32,000 nt of DNA, from positions 30,001 through 62,000 of the forward strand of contig NC_010546.1 in NCBI RefSeq assembly GCF_000017845.1. Direction: 5' to 3'. This stretch comes from Crocosphaera subtropica ATCC 51142. Lineage in GTDB: Bacteria; Cyanobacteriota; Cyanobacteriia; Cyanobacteriales; Microcystaceae. The notes under the pieces were generated by a model, which did not search any database, was not told the DNA's origin, and was given only the letters and a program-made list of their open reading frames with translations. The translations under genes and the position numbers were made by a program. This document shows positions 23,783 to 32,000 of the stretch, in pieces. Numbering within the stretch: the first letter of the stretch is position 1; the number at the start of each line of letters is the position of its first letter.

Positions 23783-24307
23783 ATGGAAAAAATTCACTCT
23801 CCGAACTCCGAACTCCTAACACCCAACTCAGGTTGGTTAGGAATTGATCCAGGATTAGCCATCGTCGGCTGGGCAATGTTACAAGAAAGTGAGCAGCAAC
23901 TTCCTTTAATTATTGATTATGGAACCATTGAAACCAATAAACAATTATCCACCTCCCAAAGACTCTTAGAAATAGAATCAGATTTAGGGGAATTATTAAC
24001 AGAATTTGAACCCCAAGGTATTGCGATCGAAATGCCTTTTTTTAACCGCACCATTAAAGCAGCAGGAGGTGTCATGCAAGCGTTAGGAGTAATTAATTTA
24101 GTCTGTTATCGAGAGACTAATATTGAGCCTATTTTTCTTCATCAAGCTAGTTGGAAATGTCATTTAGGAGACGGGAAAGCTAAGAAAAAAGAAGTCGCCC
24201 AGATGATTACAACTTTGTTTAATTTAGATAAGTTGCCCATCGATGATAGTGTCGATGCGATCGCCATTGCCTATGCCGGATTATGTGGTTTAAGAAATAA
24301 TATCTAA
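23783..24307 (+). CDS. ruvC: Crossover junction endodeoxyribonuclease RuvC, with a repeat-encoded N-terminal extension
   Basis: [12 protein letters not shown] (catalytic Asp region), IAIEMPFF, and the C-terminal [11 protein letters not shown] 17-aa extension precedes the usual start of homology. Confidence 0.88.
   Translation: MEKIHSPNSELLTPNSGWLGIDPGLAIVGWAMLQESEQQLPLIIDYGTIETNKQLSTSQRLLEIESDLGELLTEFEPQGIAIEMPFFNRTIKAAGGVMQALGVINLVCYRETNIEPIFLHQASWKCHLGDGKAKKKEVAQMITTLFNLDKLPIDDSVDAIAIAYAGLCGLRNNI
23799..23826. repeat. Heptamer tandem array inside the ruvC 5' coding region (CTCCGAA x2, CTCCTAA, CACCCAA)
   Basis: Read directly, with period 7. It encodes [11 protein letters not shown]. Confidence 0.8.
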
Positions 24308-25362
24308 GGATAAAAACACAGTTGAGGCAACCCTAGGGTTTCTTCCCATCCCATCATAATGTTAAGACATTGTACCGCTTGCCCTGCTTGTCCTTTGATG
24401 AGGTTATCAATAGCAGAAAGCACAATAACACGATCCGTACGGGGGTCGGTTTCGATACCAAGGTAACACAAATTCGTCCCACAAGCCCATTTCGTTTGCG
24501 GATAAAGGCCGTTGGGCAAAATTTTGACAAACGGAGAGGAACGATAAAACGCACTGTAAATAGTCAATAAATCCTCTCTAACCAGACCTGGATCTCGGAG
24601 GGTGGCATATACAGTTGAGAGAATCCCTCGAACCATTGGGATTAAATGAGGGGTAAACTGGACTTTGACTTCGTGTCCAGCTAAATCAGACGATATTTGC
24701 TCGATTTCTGGGGTATGACGGTGTTTCGCTACTCCATAAGCTCCGAATGACCCTTCTGCTTCTGCAAGTAAGAGATGGGTTTTCGCCTGTCTTCCTCCCC
24801 CAGAGGTTCCTGACTTAGCATCGATAATGGTGGTTTCGGGTAAAATCAATCCTTGTTTGAGTAGGGGAGATAACGCCATTAAACTAGCGGTAGGATAACA
24901 ACCCGGACATCCGATCAAAGAAGCGGATTTAATTTCCTCACGGTACAATTCTGGAAGGCCATAGACAGCCGTTTTTGCTGTGTCTAGGTCGCTACGGTCT
25001 TTATTGTACCAACTGCTATAGGTTTCTAGATTTTTGAAGCGATAATCGGCTGATAAGTCTAATACTTTACAGCCTTTAGCGATTAATGGGGGAGCAATAT
25101 CGCAAGCGAGGCCATTAGGAAGTCCTAAAAATACCACCTGACAACGGGAAGCGATCGCTTCTGTGTCAATGGGTTCAATGGTTAAATCTACTGCATGGCC
25201 TAAGTGGGGGTAGATTTCAGCGTAGGTTTGACCTGCACTCCCTTTACCCCCTAAATAAACAATGTCGACTAAGGGATGTTCTTGTAAGAGTCTCACTAAT
25301 TGGACTCCGCCATATCCCGACGCACCAATAATTCCCACTGATATTTTTTCTGACTCACCCAT
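24304..25362 (-). CDS. argC: N-acetyl-gamma-glutamyl-phosphate reductase
   Basis: [12 protein letters not shown]-terminus, active-site region GCPGCYPT, and HRHTPEI; 352 aa. Confidence 0.92.
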   Translation of the reverse strand: MGESEKISVGIIGASGYGGVQLVRLLQEHPLVDIVYLGGKGSAGQTYAEIYPHLGHAVDLTIEPIDTEAIASRCQVVFLGLPNGLACDIAPPLIAKGCKVLDLSADYRFKNLETYSSWYNKDRSDLDTAKTAVYGLPELYREEIKSASLIGCPGCYPTASLMALSPLLKQGLILPETTIIDAKSGTSGGGRQAKTHLLLAEAEGSFGAYGVAKHRHTPEIEQISSDLAGHEVKVQFTPHLIPMVRGILSTVYATLRDPGLVREDLLTIYSAFYRSSPFVKILPNGLYPQTKWACGTNLCYLGIETDPRTDRVIVLSAIDNLIKGQAGQAVQCLNIMMGWEETLGLPQLCFYP

Positions 25363-25463
25363 ATCTATTGATTCCTAAGACGATTTCTCTTTAATATTGC
25401 CATTGACCGCATTGTAATCTTAAAACAGAGCTTTGAATCAAAAGCTTTTGTAAAGTTGAAGAA

Positions 25464-25507
25464 GGCAAGAGGCTAAAAGCAGGAGGTAGAAGGCAGGAGG
25501 TAGAAGG
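25464..25507. repeat. Heptamer array of the same GGYARRA family as at 7968 (GGCAAGA GGCTAAA AGCAGGA GGTAGAA GGCAGGA GGTAGAA)
   Basis: Read directly, with period 7. It lies about 100-145 nt upstream of the argC start on the minus strand. Confidence 0.8.
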
Positions 25508-25521
25508 ATAATTCAATTGAT

Positions 25522-25555
25522 TTTATAAGTTATCTCTACAACGATAACTTATAAA
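25522..25555 (-). terminator. Candidate intrinsic terminator after the transporter run (13-bp perfect AT-rich stem)
   Basis: TTTATAAGTTATC (25522-25534), loop TCTACAAC, GATAACTTATAAA (25543-25555). It sits 20 nt downstream of the permease stop on the minus strand. There is no clean U-tract. Confidence 0.4.
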
Positions 25556-25574
25556 TTACCTCTAGAATTTATCC

Positions 25575-26909
25575 TTACTTTAACAAGAAAATGGCCACAT
25601 ATAAAGCAGAGACGACTAACTGCATCGTCATTACAGGTAGACCATATTTAAGAAAGGTTTTAAAAGAAATCGGTTTACCATGTTGTTCAGAAACGCCGGC
25701 AGCCACAATATTAGAAGATGCCCCCACTAATGTACCATTTCCTCCTAAGGTTGCCCCAAACATCATGGCATAAAATAAGGGTAAAACTTCGGGAGGTAAA
25801 TGACCAGAAAAGTCGGGATTTAAAATTTCAGGACTGGCTAAATTGATGTTAACAATGTACTCTTTTAAGAGGGGAACCATAGCCACAACAAGGGGAATAT
25901 TGGGAACAACACTGGATAAAATGCCTACCAAAAATAAGAGAACTAATGCGCCTAATATGATATTGTGACCAATGACGACAGCGAGTAATTTTGATAAATA
26001 GCTAGTCACACCAGTCTTTTGTAATCCTCCAATTAAAACAAAGGTGGACATAAAAAATAATAGGGTACTCCAATCCAAATCTCGAAAGATATTGTTAACC
26101 GTATCAATTTTACTTTGATGAGCTAAAATCAAAGCCAATACCGCCCCAAATAACGCTACAGAAGCAGGAGGAATTGGAGTGGGTAAAGATTCGCCAATGA
26201 CAAAAAATAAAAGAACAAAAGCGATAATAATTCCCCCTAACATTAATACTCTTGGATGATTAATTTTTGGATGGGGTAACTCAGCTAAATTAGTAAATTG
26301 TTTATTCCATATTTTAGCAAAAAGAAACGGGGCCATAACTAAAATAGTAATAACTGCGATCGCTCCTCCTAAACTGAGTCGAGTTAAATAGTCTGTAAAG
26401 CTTAAATTGATAGCATCCCCCACAATAAAAGTAGCGGGATCTCCTACTAATGTTAATAGTCCAGCACTGTTAGCAACAAACACCATTAAAATGAGCAAAG
26501 GAACAAAATCTACCCCAATTTCTTGAGCAATAGGAGGGATTAATGGGGCTAATAACATCACTGTTGTAGCATTAGGTAAAATGGCACAAATGGGGGTCGT
26601 AATCCCAATAATTCCTATAACTAAAAGTTTTCCACTACCTTTAGCCATTAATACCATTTGAGTGGCTAAATATTCAAAAATTTTTGTGGGTTCAAAGGCT
26701 CTTACTAACACCATGACACCAAAAAATAGAGCTAATGTTCCATGACTTTTACTGATATAATCAAAAGCTTCTTGTAGGGTCATTATGTGGGCAAAAACAA
26801 GAATTAAAGCCCCCAAAAAAGCGGCGGCGGTGATGTGTAATCTTTCGGTCATAATGGCAAACATTACACCGATGAAACTAGAGATAGAAATAAGTGCAGG
26901 TAAAGACAT
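25575..26909 (-). CDS. ArsB/NhaD-superfamily permease (SLC13 / citrate-transporter-like)
   Basis: 444 aa with about 11-12 TM helices. Its architecture is typical of CitMHS/ArsB-type anion or Na+ transporters. Confidence 0.75.
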   Translation of the reverse strand: MSLPALISISSFIGVMFAIMTERLHITAAAFLGALILVFAHIMTLQEAFDYISKSHGTLALFFGVMVLVRAFEPTKIFEYLATQMVLMAKGSGKLLVIGIIGITTPICAILPNATTVMLLAPLIPPIAQEIGVDFVPLLILMVFVANSAGLLTLVGDPATFIVGDAINLSFTDYLTRLSLGGAIAVITILVMAPFLFAKIWNKQFTNLAELPHPKINHPRVLMLGGIIIAFVLLFFVIGESLPTPIPPASVALFGAVLALILAHQSKIDTVNNIFRDLDWSTLLFFMSTFVLIGGLQKTGVTSYLSKLLAVVIGHNIILGALVLLFLVGILSSVVPNIPLVVAMVPLLKEYIVNINLASPEILNPDFSGHLPPEVLPLFYAMMFGATLGGNGTLVGASSNIVAAGVSEQHGKPISFKTFLKYGLPVMTMQLVVSALYVAIFLLK

Positions 26910-26933
26910 AATTGTTGCTCCTTTCTTGTTTAA

Positions 26934-28718
26934 TTACAATCCATAAATTAAGGTAATCAGTAACGGGGTTACTATCATAAATAATAGATTTAGCCATAAA
27001 CCAATTTTGATAAAATCTGAAAATTTATAGCCTCCTGGTGCATAAACCATTGTGTTTGTTTGGTAGCCAATAGGAGTTAGAAAACTATTAGAAGCAGCGA
27101 AGGTAACAGCAAAAATAAACGCCATTGGATTTAAACTTAAGCTTTTTGCCACTTCAGCAGCAATGGGAATCATTAAAACAACACTGGCATTATTAGATAA
27201 AATTTCTGTCATTAATGAAGTAATAATATAGAAACAAGTTAAAATCCAGTAACCTGAGAAATTTCCTCCTAAATTAGCTAAAAGATTAGCCAACCATTCA
27301 GTTGTTCCTGAGTTTTCCATGGCAATCCCTAAAGGAATTAATCCTGCTAATAAAAAGATAATATCCCAACGGACTGCTCCATAAATTTCTCCTGGTTTTA
27401 AACATCCTGTCATGACCATTAAAATTACTCCCATCAAACTACTCACTAGAATAGGTAAGATGCTCAATGCAGCCAGTAAAATAACTCCGAAAACAATCGC
27501 TAATGCTGTCCAAGCTTTATGAGTCCTTAATGTTTCTAACTCTCGTTCTTCTAAGACTAATAACTCTCTAGTGGTTTGTAACCCGATAAAACTCTCTTTC
27601 GGAGCTTGAACTAATAATAAATCACCGAATTTAATAGAAACTTTTCCGAGTCTTTCTCTAACTAATTCTTCCCCTCTACGAATGGCTAAAACCGTTGCAT
27701 TATAGCGTTGTCGAAACCTTAAATCTTTGAGGGTTGAACCAATTAAACGAGAGTTGGATAACACTAAAACTTCAGCAACTTTTTCTTCATTTTTCGTGAT
27801 TTCTTCTTCTAATTGACTAAATTTAAAATCTGCTAAAATTTCCACTCCTCTTTCATCTTTTATTTGTAATAAACTCTCCCGACTTCCTCTCACTAAAAGA
27901 ATATCACCAACGGACAATTTCTTATCAGCAAGAGGTTGGGAAAAATGAGTGTCATTATGAATTAACTCTAAGACATCAATATCAAATTTTCGTTGAATCC
28001 CACTTTGTCTTAAGCTTTGTTTGACTAAACTGGAACTAGGTAAAATAATGAGTTCGGTAACATAATCTTTTAACCCATAATTTTCACTAATTAAATGACT
28101 TTTGACTGGAATTCTTTCGGGTAACAATTTAGGGGCAGCAATCATTAAATATACCAACCCAATAAGAAAGGTAATAATCCCCAATCCAGTAAACTGAAAT
28201 AGACTAAATTCTCCATAACCTAACTGTTTGGAAACCCCACTGGCTAAAATATTCGTTGAAGTTCCAATTAAGGTTAACATTCCTCCTAAAATCGTTACAT
28301 AAGACAAAGGAATTAATAGTTTAGAGACAGATATTTTCTGTTGTTTACACCAGGCTTCAATAATGGGTAAAAAAATAGCAACAACAGCCGTGTTATTAAT
28401 AAAGGCACTAATAGGGCCGACAATTAAACCCATTACTAAAATTTGCTGACTGGCATTTTTTCCACCCCATTTCATCAACAAATCTCGAACGACTTGAATG
28501 ACTCCTGTGCGAGTAATTCCTGCACTTAAAATAAACATGGCCATGACAGTTATGGTGGCAGTATTGGCAAATCCTGAAATTCCTTCTTCGGGGCTGACCA
28601 ATTTTAAAAGCATGAGAATGACAGTCACTGATATGGCTGTTAAATCTGCCGGTAGCCACTCAAAAGCGAAGGCAATTAAAGCCATAACCATGATAGAAAC
28701 AGTTAACAAAATTTCCAT
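26934..28718 (-). CDS. SLC13-family permease with two central TrkA-C (RCK_C) domains
   Basis: TM bundles flank a soluble centre that contains two RCK_C-like repeats (VTELIILPSSSLVKQSL... and AEVLVLSNSRLIGSTLKDL...); 594 aa. Confidence 0.8.
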   Translation of the reverse strand: MEILLTVSIMVMALIAFAFEWLPADLTAISVTVILMLLKLVSPEEGISGFANTATITVMAMFILSAGITRTGVIQVVRDLLMKWGGKNASQQILVMGLIVGPISAFINNTAVVAIFLPIIEAWCKQQKISVSKLLIPLSYVTILGGMLTLIGTSTNILASGVSKQLGYGEFSLFQFTGLGIITFLIGLVYLMIAAPKLLPERIPVKSHLISENYGLKDYVTELIILPSSSLVKQSLRQSGIQRKFDIDVLELIHNDTHFSQPLADKKLSVGDILLVRGSRESLLQIKDERGVEILADFKFSQLEEEITKNEEKVAEVLVLSNSRLIGSTLKDLRFRQRYNATVLAIRRGEELVRERLGKVSIKFGDLLLVQAPKESFIGLQTTRELLVLEERELETLRTHKAWTALAIVFGVILLAALSILPILVSSLMGVILMVMTGCLKPGEIYGAVRWDIIFLLAGLIPLGIAMENSGTTEWLANLLANLGGNFSGYWILTCFYIITSLMTEILSNNASVVLMIPIAAEVAKSLSLNPMAFIFAVTFAASNSFLTPIGYQTNTMVYAPGGYKFSDFIKIGLWLNLLFMIVTPLLITLIYGL

Positions 28719-28741
28719 GCATTTAATTAACTAAAAGTAAA

Positions 28742-31582
28742 TTATTTTTGTCTGAGAAAAAACCAACGAGACACCAACTTTTCTAACTCGATCCAAACAA
28801 ACATTAACGCACTAAATCCAAAACAGATTAATAGTTCAGTCGGACTGAGAAAATGAGTGCCAAAAAAGCTTTGTAATGGTGCCACATAAATCAACAAAAT
28901 TTGTAATAGTGTTGTGAATGTGACTGCCCCTAATACATAAGGATTAGAAAAAGGATTAAGTTGTATAGTCAATTGACTATCGGACCGAACCGCCAACGCA
29001 TGACCCATCTGGGCTAAACAAAGAGTCGTAAAGACCATGGTTTTCCAGCGATTTGGATCACCAGCTAACCCTGGGGTTTTGACGTAATCATAGGCCCAAA
29101 CCATCAATAAAATGGTTAAAATAGCAAAAATAACCCCAATTCTCAGCATATATAACCCCAAACCCCTAGAAAAAATACTCTCACGGGGACTATAGGGCGG
29201 ACGCTGCATAACATTGGGTTCAGCCGGTTCCATGGCCAACGCTAAAGCGGGTAAACCGTCGGTCACAAGGTTCATCCAGAGAATTTGTAAGGGGGATAAA
29301 GGAACCCCACCTAACCCAATCAAGGGGGCTGCAGCAATAACCAAAACTTCCCCAATATTGCTGCCTAAAATGTACTTGATAAAGCGACGAATATTATCGT
29401 AAACCACCCGTCCCTCTTCCGTTGCAGCGACGATCGTAGCAAAGTTGTCATCCAGTAAAATAGCGTCGCTGGCTTCTTTACTCACATCGGTTCCCGTAAT
29501 ACCCATCGCAATGCCAATATCTGCTTGTTTGAGTGCCGGAGCATCATTCACTCCATCCCCTGTCATAGCCACAAACTCCCCTTTATTTTGCAAAGCTTGG
29601 ACAATTTGCAACTTATGTTCCGGGGCAACACGGGCATAAACACTTACATTTGACACCAGTTGTTCTAATTCTCTGGGGGTAATATGTTGTAAATCTCGTC
29701 CTGTCAGAATGGCATCTTCAGCATGGGCAATCCCTAACTCCGTGGCGATCGCTTGAGCGGTTAACTGATGATCTCCTGTAATCATAATGGGGCGAATTCC
29801 GGCTTCTCGACAGCGCAATACTGCCCCTTTGACCTCTTTCCGTGGTGCATCCAGCATTCCCACCAATCCAAGCCAAATTAACCCATTTTCTGCCATTTCT
29901 TCTTGATCATCTTCGGGAATATTGGCTAAAGGTTTAGCAGCAAATCCTAATACCCGTAAGCCTTTCCCAGCCCATCGGTCATTATGGGCTAAAATGTGCT
30001 TTCTCTGGTCATCACTGAGAGGAACGACGTGATTACCCTGATAAACCGCCGTACATCTCTCTAAAACAATCTCTGGAGAACCCTTAGTCAACATGAGATA
30101 GGAACTCGAAACCAGAGAAGAAAATTCTGCTTCTAACGTCTCTTCCGTTGTCTTGTTGTTGGAAAAGACTCTGACAATCACAGACATCCGTTTTCGTGCC
30201 GAAGAAAAGGGAATTTCGGCAACACGGGGCATTTCTAGCCATAAATCTTCCCGATACAGTCCCCCTTTCCCTGCCAGGGTTAATAAAGCCCCTTCGGTGG
30301 GATCGCCTAAAATTTCCCAATGTTGGCCTCGTTTCTGTAATAAAGCATCATTACAAAGCACACAAGCCGTTAACAGTTGTTTAACTTCTTCGTTAATCTC
30401 GTATTCATCACTATCCTGGGCGATAATCTCCCCATCAGGGGCGTATCCTTCCCCCGTTACCTGATAAGCATAGGTTCCCGTTTGTATCTGCTGGACAACC
30501 ATCTTATTTTGGGTCAAAGTTCCTGTTTTATCGGAACAAATAGTGGTGACTGACCCCAAGGTTTCTACGGCCGGTAATTTACGAATTAAAGCATGACGGC
30601 GTACCATGCGCTGGGTTCCAATGGCTAAGGTGACGGTGACAACAGCCGGCAACCCTTCGGGAACCACAGCAACCGCCATACTCAAGGAAACTTCCAGAAG
30701 TTCCTCAAAATTTTGCCATCCTGACCGTAAAACTCCGACAAAGACCACTAAAACCACTAAAACCAAAGAACTACTCACCAAAACATTCCCTAATTGGGAC
30801 ATCCGTTGTTGTAAGGGGGTGTCTTCTGTTTCCACTCCTTGGATGAGGCTGGCAATACGGCCGATCTCTGTATCCATGCCAATATGGGTGATCAAGACTT
30901 TAGCCCGGCCTTGAACCACTTCTGTTCCTTGAAAGACTAAATTTAAGCGATCGCCTAAAGGGGCATCTTCTGGCAGAATAATCTCAGCTTGTTTATTGAC
31001 GGTTTCCGCTTCTCCAGTTAAAGCCGACTCTCGAATTTGTAGGTTTTGGGCTTCTATTAAACGACCATCGGCCGCAATATGGACTCCGGCCTCTAGTAAC
31101 ATGATGTCTCCGGGGACTAATTCTTTCGCTGAGATTTCTTGGACGTTACCGTGACGAATCACCCTGACTTTGGGAGAAGATAGACGTTTCAGGGCGGCCA
31201 GAGCTTTTTCTGCCCGACTTTCTTGTAAATAGCCCAATAATCCATTTAAAACGACAATAGAAAAAATGGCCACGGCATCTTTAGGAAAGGTTCCTTTTCG
31301 CATATCTAAAACCGCAGAAATGACAGCAACCGCCATCAGCATCACCAGCATAATATTGGTAAACTGTTCCCATAAAATAGTCAGGGGAGAACGGCCACCC
31401 GTGTCCTTGAGTTCATTGGGGCCAAAATATTTCTGCCGTTGGTGGACTTGGTCTAAGGTTAATCCTTGATCTTGATCGCTGTGAAATTTGTTTAAGGAGT
31501 CTTCCGCCGATAGGGTATGCCAAGGAAAGCCAATTTCAGGGAAAACAGGAGAAACTTGATTAGAAGTGGTAGGAAAGGTCAT
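28742..31582 (-). CDS. Cation-transporting P-type ATPase (P2-type, PacL-like Ca2+-ATPase)
   Basis: Phosphorylation motif [13 protein letters not shown]-type SALTGEA, hinge [13 protein letters not shown], and PEGLP in M4; 946 aa. Confidence 0.9.
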   Translation of the reverse strand: MTFPTTSNQVSPVFPEIGFPWHTLSAEDSLNKFHSDQDQGLTLDQVHQRQKYFGPNELKDTGGRSPLTILWEQFTNIMLVMLMAVAVISAVLDMRKGTFPKDAVAIFSIVVLNGLLGYLQESRAEKALAALKRLSSPKVRVIRHGNVQEISAKELVPGDIMLLEAGVHIAADGRLIEAQNLQIRESALTGEAETVNKQAEIILPEDAPLGDRLNLVFQGTEVVQGRAKVLITHIGMDTEIGRIASLIQGVETEDTPLQQRMSQLGNVLVSSSLVLVVLVVFVGVLRSGWQNFEELLEVSLSMAVAVVPEGLPAVVTVTLAIGTQRMVRRHALIRKLPAVETLGSVTTICSDKTGTLTQNKMVVQQIQTGTYAYQVTGEGYAPDGEIIAQDSDEYEINEEVKQLLTACVLCNDALLQKRGQHWEILGDPTEGALLTLAGKGGLYREDLWLEMPRVAEIPFSSARKRMSVIVRVFSNNKTTEETLEAEFSSLVSSSYLMLTKGSPEIVLERCTAVYQGNHVVPLSDDQRKHILAHNDRWAGKGLRVLGFAAKPLANIPEDDQEEMAENGLIWLGLVGMLDAPRKEVKGAVLRCREAGIRPIMITGDHQLTAQAIATELGIAHAEDAILTGRDLQHITPRELEQLVSNVSVYARVAPEHKLQIVQALQNKGEFVAMTGDGVNDAPALKQADIGIAMGITGTDVSKEASDAILLDDNFATIVAATEEGRVVYDNIRRFIKYILGSNIGEVLVIAAAPLIGLGGVPLSPLQILWMNLVTDGLPALALAMEPAEPNVMQRPPYSPRESIFSRGLGLYMLRIGVIFAILTILLMVWAYDYVKTPGLAGDPNRWKTMVFTTLCLAQMGHALAVRSDSQLTIQLNPFSNPYVLGAVTFTTLLQILLIYVAPLQSFFGTHFLSPTELLICFGFSALMFVWIELEKLVSRWFFLRQK

Positions 31583-31603
31583 AGTAGTAGTGTTTTAAGG
31601 GAA

Positions 31604-32000
31604 TTATTGAAAAATTTGGGGTAAAAGTTGCGGGGTAGACCAGGCTAAATAGCCAAGGAAACCAAAAAATAGAGTGTTCATGGCAGTGAGGACATAACCG
31701 ACGCAGATCAACAGCCCATCGGTTTCTAAGGTAGCCACCGCCAAAACTAAAATACCGATGGTGGGAATAGGGTTAGTAAAGGGGATCGGTAGCATGAGTA
31801 AAATGGCTAACCAAGCCATGCACAGTCCATTACCTCGCCAAACAAAGGGATGGTTAGCTACCTGAAAAAAGCGAGGACGGCAGAATTTTTCGAGCCATTT
31901 TGTCACTTTTTTCAGATTTTTGAGTAAATGTTTCGTCAAACTTTTAGGAAATTGAAAAGTTGCTACCTGTTTCGGTAACCAAGGCGATCGCCGTCCCAAG
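31604..32000 (-). CDS. ExoD-family (exopolysaccharide synthesis) membrane protein, 5' end outside the window
   Basis: LMLPIPFTNPIPTIGILVLAVATLETDGLLI is a characteristic ExoD segment. The ORF is open to the window edge. Confidence 0.7.
   Translation of the reverse strand, partial: LGRRSPWLPKQVATFQFPKSLTKHLLKNLKKVTKWLEKFCRPRFFQVANHPFVWRGNGLCMAWLAILLMLPIPFTNPIPTIGILVLAVATLETDGLLICVGYVLTAMNTLFFGFLGYLAWSTPQLLPQIFQ

Noticed and set aside
24586-24600. GATCTCGGAG, which matches the first 10 nt of the mini-element hairpin
   Set aside because: It lies in the conserved argC coding sequence (LRDPGL on the minus strand). It has no split-HIP1 flanks, no second arm and no second hairpin, so I treat it as a chance match.

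Overview
The window is chromosomal DNA from an AT-rich cyanobacterium. I count 11 perfect HIP1 octamers (GCGATCGC) in 32 kb, against fewer than one expected by chance. The proteins look Cyanothece/Crocosphaera-like, but that is an inference, not a database result.

Most of the window is ordinary, tightly packed housekeeping or envelope genes:
- ald.
- A minus-strand sugar operon of six genes: Fcl-like epimerase/reductase, gmhA, gmhB, a divergent GT-B-like protein and two GT1 glycosyltransferases.
- tRNA-Gly(UCC).
- A plus-strand run of lgt, a 7TM-HD phosphohydrolase, an SLH lipoprotein and a membrane protein.
- glcD, a NUDIX hydrolase, ruvC and argC.
- A minus-strand ion-transport run: partial exoD, a P-type ATPase and two SLC13/ArsB-type permeases.

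The accessory patch lies at about 7.9-11.7 kb. It holds:
- an IS630-family element with 14-bp inverted repeats, a TA duplication and a transposase split at an A8 run;
- a decayed pentapeptide-repeat gene;
- a yefM-yoeB toxin-antitoxin pair;
- a Uma2 (DUF820) pseudogene;
- a MITE-like palindromic element.

The most unusual signal is a 24-nt double-hairpin mini-insertion present twice, each time splitting a HIP1 octamer exactly (GCGAT-N24-CGC). One copy is in frame inside the Uma2 ORF and the other is nested in the IS630 leader. The two copies differ only by transitions, and the changes inside the stems preserve pairing in both.

Other points worth a second look:
- a near-perfect 5 x 42-bp tandem repeat encoding a 14-aa coiled-coil repeat in a tail-anchored protein;
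- four heptamer (STRR-like) arrays, including one inside the ruvC 5' coding region;
- an apparently incomplete heptose nucleotide-sugar pathway in a cyanobacterium.

I found no CRISPR array, no rRNA and no recognisable multi-gene defence system.
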